DNA from: Syncephalis fuscata S228
Taxonomy: Eukaryota; Fungi; Zoopagomycota
Assembly (NCBI GenBank): GCA_025786725.1
Contig: JAHLTZ010000005.1
Coordinates: 682,001-746,000, forward strand
Reading direction: 5' to 3'
Length of the DNA: 64,000 nucleotides
The position numbers and the translations under genes are program-made. The stretch's first letter is position 1. Each line of letters starts with the position of its first letter. The notes beneath the pieces were generated by a model. That model was not told the origin of the DNA, ran no database searches, and was given only the letters and a program-made list of their open reading frames with translations. This document shows, piece after piece, positions 15,156 through 27,947 of this stretch.

Positions 15156-17348
15156 TTAGTGGCCACCAGTAGGGCCTACTTCAGCCTGTACCTCGGACCA
15201 ACGACGTGGTCGAACTAGTCCGCCTACAATGGCGGCAATAGCAGTGGGTGGTATTAAGGAAATAAACAGAACATGGAATGCTTTAACAATGCTGTGAATT
15301 ACTTGAGCTTGAATATCTTGAGGTAATTCGTGTATGCCATCCAATGAGCCTGAAACACCATGACCACCCTAAATAATAATAATAATAGATTAAAAATTAG
15401 AAATTAGTCATAGAAATAGGATTGAATTTAATGTGACTTACAGCAGCAGTTGACCATACACTTGTATCTGGTGCGTCTTTGGCCATAGCATTATTGAATA
15501 CTGAGCCAGAAACGGCCAATCCAATAGTGGCCCCCATCATTTGGAAAAATGAACAAAGCATTGTCGATACCGCAATATCTAAAGAACAAGAAGAAATTAG
15601 TAACGGTCATTTTTGTATGGATATGACTTACCTTTATTTTGACTTGATGCTTGAGCGGATAGAAATACGGTTTGCCAGACAGCGCCTAATCCTGCACCGG
15701 CCACCATTAAAATGATAACTTCGGCGGCTAAATGCGATGTTTCCCAAAAGGTCACACCTAGTCCAAGGGCGATAATAGTTAAGGTGAAGCCACTTGCAAG
15801 GATGACGGGATAGGACCAGGCAGATAATCGGCCAATAATTACTGTGGATAAGCCAGTACTAATACAGCAGGTAATCATTAACGGTATAAGCATAAGACCA
15901 GCTTCAGTGGCTGTTTTGTTGCGTACAAGCTAAATAGTAGTAATAGTAATAGTAATAAAGTTTTGTTAGCTAATTAATGAATAGTAAAGGTGGTGTCTAT
16001 CCATACGCTACCTGATAGAATAGGGGGAAATAGTAGACTAATGTAAATATAACCCAACCGCCAAGAAAAGAGGTCAACATACTAAGAGCAACGCTACGTG
16101 ACTTTAGAATATGGCCGGGAATAAATGGTTCCTTAGCGTAGTGACCCTCGACCCATATAAAGGCACCACAGATAACAACGGCCACACAGAGTAAACTAAT
16201 AACCACAGGCGAATCCCATGGATAGGCATTACCGCCCCAGCCAATAGCGAGTAATGCTGAAACAATAGAAATAAGTAACAGGACAGCACCTGGGTAGTCG
16301 ATTTGCTTCAATTTCCTCGTCATTGATCCTTTAATGGGGGGCATTTTAAAACCAAATACGATAATAAGTAATGAAATTATACCAATGGGTAAATTAATAT
16401 AAAACTATATATAATAGTTAAATTAATATTAATTGCATTAATCAAGTGTTAATGACTTACGGCCCAACGCCAAGTAGCGTGATCGGTAAAAACACCGCCC
16501 AATAGCGGTCCTACAGCGGCACTAATAGCAAAAACAGCACCAAACCATCCTTGTAGCATAGCACTTCGCTCGGGACTGGATACAGCTACAAATGAATGAA
16601 TTCATCAATTAAAAGTTAACAGTCACATTCTATATTAGTAACGTGTCACTATATCAACACTGACTTACCAGTAATAATAACGAGGGAAAGGGCGTACATA
16701 CTTTCACCACCAATTCCCGATACAGCTCGGAAAACAATAAGCATTGTCATGCTATTGGAAAGGGCACAACCAAGCGAACCACCAAGGAACATAATTAATG
16801 CAAATAAAAAGACAGGCTTTAAACCAAAGATGGCGGTCAATTTGCCATAGAGTGGGGTAACGGCAGCTGTAGTTAATAAATAGGCACTGCCAATCCAGGA
16901 GACGTCATTAAGTCCATTGAATTCAGAGGCAATGCGGGGAATGGCTGTCGCTACAATCGTTTGATCGAGAGAGCAAAGAAAAACGGTAAGCGCAAGACCG
17001 GCAAATAGAATAAGCGAATGCTTAAACGACATCTGCTCCATCGGTTGTGACTTATTGACAGGGTCATCCTTGCCAGCATTCTCTAGACTATCTAGTTGGG
17101 CTTCAGGATGATAATCACTAAACTTTACGTGTTCTTATTCGAATCGGTTGAGTAAACGGACGAGTTGATGGGTGAAAGAGAACGTTGAATGATGGCGTCG
17201 TGGTATCTTCAGCAGTATCGAGTACAGTAGCATTCGTACTATGTAGCGTGTCTTCTTCCTCGAGAGCAATAGCTGTAAGATCATTATCCGGCTGTGCCAC
17301 CTGGGTCAACGACGCACTGGTCGGACGATCTCCATCGGGTGCGGGCAT
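15156..17348 (-). CDS. MFS drug:H+ antiporter (DHA2, 14-TMS family), multi-exon
   Basis: SLDQTIVATAIPRIASEF, SWIGSAYLLT, PLYGKL, GPLLGGVFTDHATWRW, FYINLPIG, WGGNAYPWDS motifs. Confidence 0.9.
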
Positions 17349-18256
17349 AGTTTTTAGGTGGTAAAAGGGCCAAGCAAAGCTTTTCCAGCTTGAATAGACT
17401 TGAAAGTCGACCGTAAGATACGTGCGTAAACAAAGACGCTTGGGTAAGGGAGAGGCTAATATAAGGGACCACTAGAACTGTAAAAGTATAATAATAGATA
17501 AAGTGTTGAATAAATAAAAAGTTAATTAATAAATGAACTAAAAAAGAAGAAAAAAGGGGCAGAAAATAATACTAACCTGTAAACCAATGTTATTGGATGT
17601 CAAAATTTAATTAAGTGGACTGTAAAATGTGGATATCGGTGATGTGGTGATCGGCCGCAATGGAAGGTGAAACAATAATAATAGCCGTATTAATAGCAAT
17701 TATTAAATTGTGACAATAGAGAGAGAGAGAGGACTGTGAAAACAAAGCGTGGTTCCAAAGAATGGATAAGCCAACTAGATAAATGAGTGAGAGCAATATC
17801 CAAAGAGACGGGCCTGATAGCAGTAGTGAATAATGGAGAGGTGTGGCGAATAGCTTTGACGTGAATACTGTGCTAAATTGCTGTATTTCATTTGAAAACT
17901 GGGAAAATCACAACTTATGTATTTGAAAGACTAGGATTTATTATTTCTTCTATAGAGAAGTATTTTGTCGGCAAATATCGGAGATGTAAAACAAATCCTG
18001 CTAATATTGGTCGTTTTGAGTCATTTAAGGCCTCATACCATACAACGAGGCATCATCTGATAATCCGCACGTACAATTTACCCGAGTATTATTACTAAGC
18101 ACGTCAATAGCAACGGTGGTGTAGCGAATAAACATTTACTGAAGACACTTTATAGTGGTGTGTGTGTACATATGTAACGTAGAACAGCTTAAGTATTTAA
18201 TAAACATTTTTTATTTTATTTTTATTTTGTTATCATTTTAACCACCACCACTAATC

Positions 18257-19470
18257 ATGGCAAATAGTAAATTTGAATACGTAAAACAATTTGAACAGGA
18301 ACAGCGTCTACTATCGCACTGTTGGATTGTAGTGCGCTTAGATGGGCGAGGCTTTCATCGGTAGGGATGCATACACATACACATACCTTGACTATTGCAA
18401 ATAGTGCAGTTTAATTGACAATACTGTGAATCGGATTCTACATTAACTTTAGATTCGCAAGTGAACACGGTTTTGCCAAGCCGAATGACGATCGTGCCTT
18501 GGCAGTAGCCAACCAGGCCGCGTCTACAGTAATGCAAGACGTGCAAGATGCTGTTTTAGCCTATGGTCAAAGTGATGAATATAGGTAAACATTGAGAATA
18601 TAACAAACATAGACAATAGTGTATATTTATTAAAACAATGGCTATAACACTTAGTTTTGTACTTGATCGAACGACGCGTCTTTTCGGTCGTCGTGAAAGG
18701 TTGGTGGTTATTACTACGATAACAGCGCTATCTTCTAATAGTATGCCAACCTTGTTATTTTTAGTAAAATTATATCAACAATATGTAGTTTATTCACATC
18801 AGCTTATGTTCTTTATTGGTCGCGTCATTTCCCTAATACACCTTTAAAATACCCACCTTCTTTTGATGCACGTGCCGTTTGTTATCCAACTTGTCAACAT
18901 TTACGCGACTATCTTTCTTGGCGTCAAGCTGATTGTAACTATCATGATAATGGAGCATTGTTGTTCTATGACTAATTCAAGCACTGTAGGTCATATCAAT
19001 AATTTGTATAACACAAGCTTTTGGGCATTGGTGCAAGAGGGTGGCATGTCGGAACGTGAGTCTGAGGAAGCCTTACGGGTAACTATATTGAATTAATATT
19101 ACCATAGATAAAAATACAACTAATATTAATAATGCTAATTTATAGGGAACGTTTTCTTCGGATAAAAATGAGTTGCTATTTACTAAATTCAATATTAATT
19201 ACAATGCGTTGCCGGCCATTTATCGCAAAGGATCAATACTAGTATGGGGACGGGTAAATACCGGCTATAGTATCAATGTGATATGTAAATCTAATTATTA
19301 TTGTTATTTAGGTTGATGTACAAGTAACCACACCAAAGGGCGAGACAGCTATAAGAGCAAAGAAAGAAGTTCGTCTATTGCACGAAGATATGATTGGCGA
19401 TGAATTCTGGATTCGACGACCTGAACTATTAGGAAAGGATACGCCTACAACACCCAAAAATACCGAATAA
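18257..19470 (+). CDS. THG1: tRNA(His) guanylyltransferase, 7 exons
   Basis: [25 protein letters not shown] / [17 protein letters not shown] / [24 protein letters not shown] / [14 protein letters not shown] / DKNELLF..INYN..YRKGS. Confidence 0.95.
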
Positions 19471-19525
19471 GAACAATTGAATTAAATATAAAGTGTGATT
19501 TAAATGTAACAAAAGTATGCATAAT

Positions 19526-19732
19526 TTCTAATTGAAAAAATAGCCAAGGGAGATGTATGAATATTGATAATACAACCTATTATGTGCATGTACATGTTGA
19601 AGTATACAAATAATATAGATAGCAATAAAAGCTATTTTTATTAATAAAGTATAATTTATATGGTATATGATAGTATATATTAAATTACTAATAATGGCAA
19701 GATTATAGTGTGTATAGCTCAGTAAATAAATT
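19526..19732 (+). repeat. Left arm of ~207 bp inverted repeat
   Basis: ttctaattgaaaaaatagccaagggagatgtatgaatattg...gctcagtaaataaatt is the near-exact reverse complement of 22335-22543, with only a few substitutions/indels. Confidence 0.95.
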
Positions 19733-20693
19733 AGCAATTTTTATTAATAATGTGTAGTTAGTATACAATAGAAAGATACAATAGTGCGAATATATAATGA
19801 AGGAAGCATGAAGAATGATGTCAAAGTTATAGCGTGTATAGCTCAATGAGCAGAATGAGCAATGCTGAGGCCTATAACAAATAGAACGTGTCCAGTGCAT
19901 CATAGAATAATATACTAAAATTTAAGTAAATAACGAGGTGTGGTGGATGGATAAATGATATATGCGTACATGATAATACTAATGAGCATTTTGATGACTA
20001 ATGTCACTCACTACCTAGTTTCACGTTCAAATGAGCAAATTTATATTTCAATTACACAAATATTAGCAAATGTATTAATGTGAACACCAATTACAATAAA
20101 TGGCTAATATAATTTTAATTATACAATATAACCAATTGTAATTTATAAATAATAACACAAACTAAGCGGCTAAGTGGTATGTTACAACTGCCGATGATTC
20201 TATTATTGTTATTGTTGTATCTATATTTATTTATTATATTGGAGTTACTATCAAGATGCTCTATAATTATTCTATAGTAAACAATAAACAGCACTTAACA
20301 TTCATATAAACTAAATTCATAGTCAATATTCATTTTATAGCAATGTTTTTTATTTGATATAATGGTTTATATTAATTAATCATTGATTTGGCTTGTAACA
20401 TTACAATGATTTTGCAACATTCATCAGTCACTTGTACAAACCAGGTATGCACGCTTGTAATTACCTGTTAAGTATTTTTAGCCGTGCTACCTAGCAAATA
20501 CAGTAACTGTTCGGGTAACAATATACCGCTGCATAGTGCCATTAACTGGTTTATGCTACCCATAGTGGATGCTTAAATGACTCACCACTTTTCTATTTAT
20601 AGGCAATCTTTATCCATTATTGAATCAGATAATTAAAACACCGCTACTACTCGTGCCTGATTCTTCCCAGCCCCGTAACATCCGCCTTCCACC

Positions 20694-22002
20694 ATGGTAA
20701 TCAACATTCCAACAGAAACTGGTTAAAGCCAAGGGCGACCACGTTAGTTCAACGGTTGAATTAAGCTATGGCGATCATATTCTGGACCTTTTGTTTCGCA
20801 AAGATTGGTTTTTATAAAAACCATGAACATGTGAAAGATTTTATGCCAACAGACCGGCTAACGGAAGGACTTTACAAAACTCTGGATGAATACCCAATAT
20901 TCTATGGTCGTCTCTCACAAAGTAAAACTGGCCGTTATGAAATACGACCATCCCACGATGGCATACCATTTCGGGAAGTTTATTCGGAAAACGATATTTC
21001 AATGTATGAACCAAACTGGCCACAAGCCAGCATTTCCAAAGAATTACAACCCTTTAAGGGTGCACCATCAGAGGAAACGCCATTATTTGCGGCTAAAATA
21101 ACTCGTTTTGCCAACAACTCTGGAATGGTTATTGGTATTGCATGGCATCACTATGTCACGGATGGCTATGGCTTTGCCATGTTTATGAGAACATGGGCGG
21201 CGTTTTGTCGTAACGAAACGCCTGAGCTGCCTAATCATGATCGTTTTCTACTGGAGCCAGAACATTCTTATCCACCCTATACGTACAAAGACTCAGTTGA
21301 TTTAAATAAATATGCGGGTAGAGGTGCTATGATCCGATTTACACCGGACAAACTTGTTGCGCTTAAAGCAGCAGCGGTGGGCTCGCTTAGTGAAGAAGAG
21401 CGAAAGGCTGGCTGGTTATCGACTATGGACGCGGTTATTGTTGTTTTGTGGCGAGCCTTGGTTCGAGCACGTCAACTGCCTGCGGGCATGCCGTTGACGC
21501 AGGGATCTTCTATCAACTTACGACCTCAACTAGAGTCGTTTCCCCAAAATTATTTTGGCAATGCTATTGTTATTGCAACTATGACAAAAACGGTCGGCGA
21601 TCTACTTGGAAACTCTTTAGGTAGCATAGCAGTGGCTCATCGCCAATCGCTCATGGCCCACAAGAACATCACGAAAGACGACTGGCTAAGCCAAGCAGAT
21701 GTCACCAGCAGAGTATCTCAAGCTGATAGAGGCAGCTATTGGATGGCTCATACCGATTATCTTTTTACTGACTGGTCAAAATTCAAGTATTACACTCTAG
21801 ATTTTGGGGATGGTATTCCTGTACGCACTCGGCGTTTTCTAATCGACAATCGAGCCATGGTGTGTGTATTTGATGCGCCACCCACGTCGACTGAAAAAGG
21901 ATCATCGCTTGGTCTTGAAATATATTTAATATTGCCGAAGAACATTATGCACATTTTGTGGCCGATGAAGAGCTATTTACTTTTGCCGATTTACTTGACT
22001 AA
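20694..22002 (+). CDS. BAHD/transferase-family acyltransferase, paralogue of 553-1873, intronless
   Basis: HXXXD motif WHHYVTDG, NYFGNA, TDWSKF..DFGDG. Shares FYKNH..DFMPTDRL and EPxWPQ with the first copy. Terminal frameshifts near 20720-20810 and 21930. Confidence 0.9.
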
Positions 22003-22334
22003 TACTATAATAAAGTGATATCTAATACTGGTAATGACCAATATTAGTTGTCGATTGCTTTAAAATGGCAGTACCCTATATATGCTATTTAAGCTTTTTG
22101 TTATAAAACTATTATGTTAACTAGTTATATTATAAATGTACTACTGCTTTATAGCAATTTGATATGCTTTACTTGGTTATGCTTGTTCTATTTATAGTCT
22201 TTCTATTCATATAGCATTTTTACCAATTCATTTATTATAGTTTTAATTCCATTTTACTGTGCCTTTTACTGTATAATGATTACATACTAGTAAATTTTGT
22301 TGATTTACTATTAACTCTGATTGCTATTAAATTA

Positions 22335-22543
22335 AATTTATTTACTGAGCTATACACACTATAACCTTGCCATTATTAGTAATTTTAATATATACTATCA
22401 TATACCATATAAACTATACTTTATTAATAAAAATAGCTTTTATTGCTATCTATATTATTTGTATACTTCAACATGTACATGCACATAATATGTTGTATTA
22501 TCAATATTCATACATCTCCCTTGGCTATTCTTTTCAATTAGAA
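22335..22543 (-). repeat. Right arm of ~207 bp inverted repeat
   Basis: Reverse complement of 19526-19732. The ORF track shows the same spurious peptide (IYTIIYHINYTLLIKIAFIAIYIICILQHVHAHN) on opposite strands. Confidence 0.95.
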
Positions 22544-23504
22544 CATTCTACTAGTTTACAGTTACATTCCAATATGAATAAGTTTAGCGAAACAAAATAA
22601 TATCAAATTAAGCACCTAATCTATTTTTGACCAAATCTCCAACAACAATCAGCTCACATCATGCTGAAATTAATAACTGGCAAGTGTCTATTGCATAAAT
22701 GTAGGCCTATAGCCAAGTTATAAATACTAACAACGCTAAAAATAAAATATTCACATTTGAAATCTTTAACGATAATTAATTGTTATACCAATTTGCTATA
22801 TAGCAACATATACCATAAAAGATATTTATAGATAAAAAAGCAACAACTGTACTAATCCACCTGTCATTAACATGAAATACCAATATCTATACCTATTTTA
22901 CATTATCAACAACGTGGTTTATTGACAAAACAGCAAGGAGTCGACCAAGGCAGAATCATACAACACAAGTCGTTTTAAAGTCTTGCATATCATCACAAGC
23001 AGAATACCATAAAGATAGCCACTGTGCACGTTGCTTGGGAAGAGTATTGCCCTGGCATGCATACTAAATAGTGTAGACCACGCATACGATTTTCATATTC
23101 CGCTTCTTGGCACTCAGCACTTTTACTGTCTATTCGTTATTAGCACCACGCTTTCATACTCCTTTATTCCTCGCTAGCCATTCAGTCTTTCATTAAGCCA
23201 GTCTCTCAACCTATTACTCCTCATTCTCTTTACGTATACTGGCGCGGCATTTTTGCATTATATTGGTGTCACAGCCGCTTGTCATTAAATTCTAACCCTC
23301 ACACTTATATTCAATCATACTGCCGTGCCTATTAAAACAAAGCAAGATTGCATTAACCAGTGAATCAAACTACTTGTTTAGTACTGGCATTTACTAGCTT
23401 CCTACAGTATCGAAATTCTCATTTTATTAGACACTTATTGCTGCTACGACTACTAATAGTCTACAAGTTAGTGCTGTTGAATGTATACAGCAACGATCAT
23501 CACG

Positions 23505-26500
23505 ATGGATAAAGCAAGTGACCACAATCCTTTTGAAGATGAAGAGGCCGTTGTCTCGGACAGCGATCAGGAGAGTATCGACGACTCTACTATTACTAGA
23601 AGCTGCAATGGCAGCACGACATCTATTCAGGAGGAGTTGGCAATGGCACCATCTATTCGCGACCGTATAAAACAGCTTACGCTTCAGCAAACGCAGCCAG
23701 AAACAAGCGCAGAAGATGCGCGGGAGGCAACTTTGTTAAAGCCCGCTGCTACACGTCCTTCTTTCTCAAATGACACAGCTGGAAAGCAGATAAAGCCGTC
23801 AAATAACCAGGTTGCTACATCAGCTAATGCTAATCCACCAAAACTGGTAGGCAATACTACTGCCAAGGCGTTGGCCAGTGCATGGGACCAAAGAGCACAG
23901 TCAGCTCATACACCGGATGATAAGGTACTTACAAGTACAAATAGACAGTTCATTAGCTAATTAATTGATATATATACACCATTATTTTAAACAATCATTT
24001 AACTATGTGTCAGTTTATTACTAATGCCGATGGACATAGTACTCGTTCCTCTCCTATAACATCGTCGTATCAACTACGACCGCCACCTCAGTCACGTACT
24101 CCATCTCCTTCTTCACCATCTGTTGGTAATGTTTACTCATCAACACCGCCTTTGCGTTCTAAACCATTTAATGAATCAACAACCTACAACACTGCAAAGC
24201 ATAATCTACCACGGTACAATCCATTAGCGGAACCCAGTGTTAAAACACGGCAGCCATCGATGGATAATCCATTTGCAGATGCTCATATGACATCTCCTAC
24301 AAATAGAAATGTAGGAAATTTCACTAGTACTAAGTTAGAATCAGTACATCCATCTACTAATCATGTAAGCCAGTTACGGAATGCATTTACAAAAACAGCA
24401 GAAGCCACAGCAATTCATTTTAAGCCAAGCTCATCAAATACAGCGTATACTTCCCCATCACCACAAATTCTAAGTAAATCGTATCAAAATCCTAGTGTAT
24501 TAGATACTGGTAGTTCACAAATAAGCCATAGTCCATTATCCGCACTATCAGGTACCACAGCAACTCTACTGGTATCTGATTCTATTTCAAAGGCCGCAGA
24601 CCCTCCAGCATTACCGCAGAAGCCAGCATTTAAGCGTAGCGCTACTTATTCAACAAGCATTACTTCAAGCGCATTGTCATGTTCGCCTCCGGATAATAAA
24701 TCACCATCACCTACATGCCTGCGCCGCCACGACTTTTACCACGTCCAGCCACCCGACCCTTAGTGCCAAATCCTCGTACAAGTTCTTTAGAAACGAACAG
24801 ATCAGCCAATTCTACCGATTATCATGATACCATTTCCGATGCATCGGATATTGTCACTGTAGCTATGGCACGTGACGAACGGGCCGGTAAAGTGTCACGC
24901 ATCGAGCTTAACGATTTTCTTCAGCCCGATGTCAGCTTTCCTAGTCGTCGTCCACCGGTATTTCGAGATCTGCAAAGCGAATTAAAGCATATTGGGCCGG
25001 CACGATGCTTTGCCATGTGCACACGCCATGTGATCACTGCTGCTAATGCATTGCGTGTATGGGACGTGGTCATGGGTACACCCGTATCAATGGCAAGCCG
25101 TGGTAATGATATACGCGTTGATGCTTGCTGTTTTGTGCCGCCTCGCTTGCCCAACGAAGAAAGCCAATGGGTTTGGTGTGCATTGAAGACTGGCGAGCTA
25201 TGGGAAGTAGAAGCAGAAACTGGTGTTATTACTGAACAACGCACTGGCGCACATACCTGCTCCGTCACACATATGCTACGTGCTCGGGCTCATATCTGGA
25301 CACTTGACGAGAGCGGTCGTCTCCAATGCTGGTATCAACACGGCGAAACAGGAAGACTGTCGTTAAAAGCGCAGCCTACACTACGTCGTGTACCAGCCAA
25401 AGTCATTGCTGCATCCGTTGTGGCCAGTGAGCAATTATGGCTATCCACTGGTAAAACTGTAGAGGTTTATTTACCATTGTCACGTGCAGGCAGTAATCAT
25501 AGCCAGCATAATCAAAATGGCGATGATGATGGCAATGGTGAATCGTTAGGCGCGTTGGGTAGCCAGACTCGTATGGGATATGAAGCAACTGGATCGGCTT
25601 CAGGCCTGCCAATTGCCACATTGCGTATCGATGCAAATGTAAGCGATGTGACATGTATAACTGTAGATGATACTGTACGTCGCGTGTATACCGGTCATGC
25701 TGATGGCCATGTGACTGTATGGTGCTCAAAAACGCGTCGCCGTTTACAAGTCTACAAAGCATCGCTATATGCAATTACTGCACTGGCCTGTCCCGGTCAG
25801 CAGCAGCCGCATTTATGGGCTGGATTCCAAACAGGGAAGATTTGCGTTTATGACACGGCCCAAGAGCCCTGGGTGGTTATTAAAGACTGGCAAGCTCATG
25901 ACAAGGCGGTACAATCGTTAATGGTCGATAACGCCTCGCTGGCCTTATTGGGTCGACTTCAAATGGCCAGTCTTGACATTGAAGGCTGTGTACGTATATG
26001 GGATGGATTACTATGCGATGACTTGGAAGGCAAGTATTCCATATAGATACTAGATATATCGATTTAATAACAACATTATTATAGATGCACATATTGCCAT
26101 TAGACAAAAGGAGTTTTGCGATTATCGTGACGCGCATGTTCTTATTTGTTCATGGAACTGCGATGCACGCAAGCCAAAATCACTTTTATCTAACTCGCTT
26201 AATGCGCAGTTTTTAAAGGAATGGCTTACAGCCTCGCCAGTAACACCGGACATTATTGTTATTGGATTCCAGGAGATTATTGATTTAGAATCGAAAAAGA
26301 CTACAGCTAGTAAGTGTTTAACGTCGCTATAGATAATTGACTAATATTAACATTCTATAGAATCATTGTTAAAATCAAAAAAGAAAGCGCAGAACGAAGA
26401 GGCATCACGTCGATATGGCTTATGGCGATCACGTTTAGTCGTAGCTGTACAAGAAGCACATCCTAGCGAGACGTATTCTTTATTGAAAAGTGAACATTTA

Positions 26501-27531
26501 GTTGGTCTATTTTCGTGCATGTTTGTAAGGCGTACTGTTTATGACTCGGTAGCTGGTGTAACGGCCAGTATGGTCAAAACTGGATTTGGTGGACGTTATG
26601 GCAATAAGGTAAATTGTTTTGTAATTATATTGTATAATAGACTAATGTGTCACTAATACTAATACTATGATTAAAATTAATGGTTTATTAGGGCGGTATT
26701 TCTATGCGCCTAGTGATTAATGACTCGTCCATTTGCTTTACTAATTGCCATTTGGCAGCTGGACAAAAAGAAGTGAGCCAACGAAATACAGATGCAGCCA
26801 AAGTATTGAGAGAATGCGAATTGGAGCCATTGCCATCTCGTCCACTAGCTTTTGTGTGTGGTGGCGATGGTCTAAAGATTACCGATCATGAGTTTTGCTT
26901 CTTTGGTGGCGATTTGAACTACCGAATTGATTTGCCACGTCCAAAGGTTGAATCACTTATTGCTGATTATGACTGGGCACAACTCATGGAGAATGACCAA
27001 TTGTGCCAACAACGAGCACGTAACCGTCAACACCCATTACGCAGTTTTAATGAGTTGCCACTTGATTTTATACCCACTTACAAATACAACCGTGGTGAAG
27101 AAGTATTCGATACCTCGGAAAAGATGCGTATTCCAGCCTGGTGTGACCGCATACTGCATCGATATGGCGGTAAACCAGGCCCTATCCTTGATGGGACGGC
27201 TGAAGCAGCCGCACTGGCTACAGATCCACCACGGGTACAGCAAATGTCCTATCGCCGTCACGAATGCCTAGTATCGGACCATCGTCCCATTAGCGCATCA
27301 TTCCGCTTATTGCTACGGCATATCAATCGCGAGAAACGAAGTCAAATAGAGCGTACTGTCGCCGATATTCGTTTAGCGATTGTACGGGCTCGAGCACAAG
27401 AAGCTATGGTTGATTGGTTGGTCAACATGGGCTATGCACCCACCGATGCCTCCAATGCTTTACGTCGCGAGCACTGGGATATTCATGCCGCGGCCAATTT
27501 TCTTCAAGAAGCCCGTCTAAGAGGCTTTTAA
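23505..27531 (+). CDS. Inositol polyphosphate 5-phosphatase with Pro/Ser-rich N-terminus, WD40 beta-propeller and C-terminal UBA-like domain
   Basis: WD-like repeats (YTGHADGHVTVW, LWAGFQTGKICVYD, VRIWDG). Catalytic motifs ICSWN, IGFQE, GNKG, NCHLAAG, GDLNYR, PTYKY, PAWCDRIL, SDHRP. Introns at ~23925, 26030, 26310 and 26609. Confidence 0.9.
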
Positions 27532-27552
27532 CTATACATTATTACTAGTGTG

Positions 27553-27580
27553 ATTATTATTATTATTATTATTATTATTA
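27553..27580. repeat. (ATT)n microsatellite
   Basis: About 9 tandem ATT units just after the stop codon of the 5-phosphatase gene. Confidence 0.8.
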
Positions 27581-27947
27581 CGCTATTTTGCTTATTATTA
27601 TGTAATATTTACAAATAAAATTTTACCAACATATCAAATAATTTAATGTTTTATTTTATGCACCTAAACAGTAATTATGAAGTTGATAGCAATGATTTGG
27701 TGTATATGTTACCATTCTAATAAATAATACACTTGGATGTATTGATATTAAATGGTACAACTGTCTACGTTATTAAATCATAGCCAATCATACTGCTTAA
27801 TATCAATTAAATCTTAGTCTAATAAATAACTATGCAAGAATGTTGAGAACTAGAATATTAGACCAGATTAGATAGCTGAATTGATAAGGCTTGAATTAAG
27901 TACAGCTGTATTATAATAGCTATTTCATTTTATCCTTCGCTACTTGC

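Noticed and set aside
19528-19737. Near-identical 69-77 aa ORFs at 19528-19737 (-) and 22367-22600 (+)
   Set aside because: AT-rich translations of the inverted-repeat arms, with no coding signature.
20578-20584. Single TGACTCA upstream of the second acyltransferase
   Set aside because: One 7-mer is expected by chance in 64 kb.
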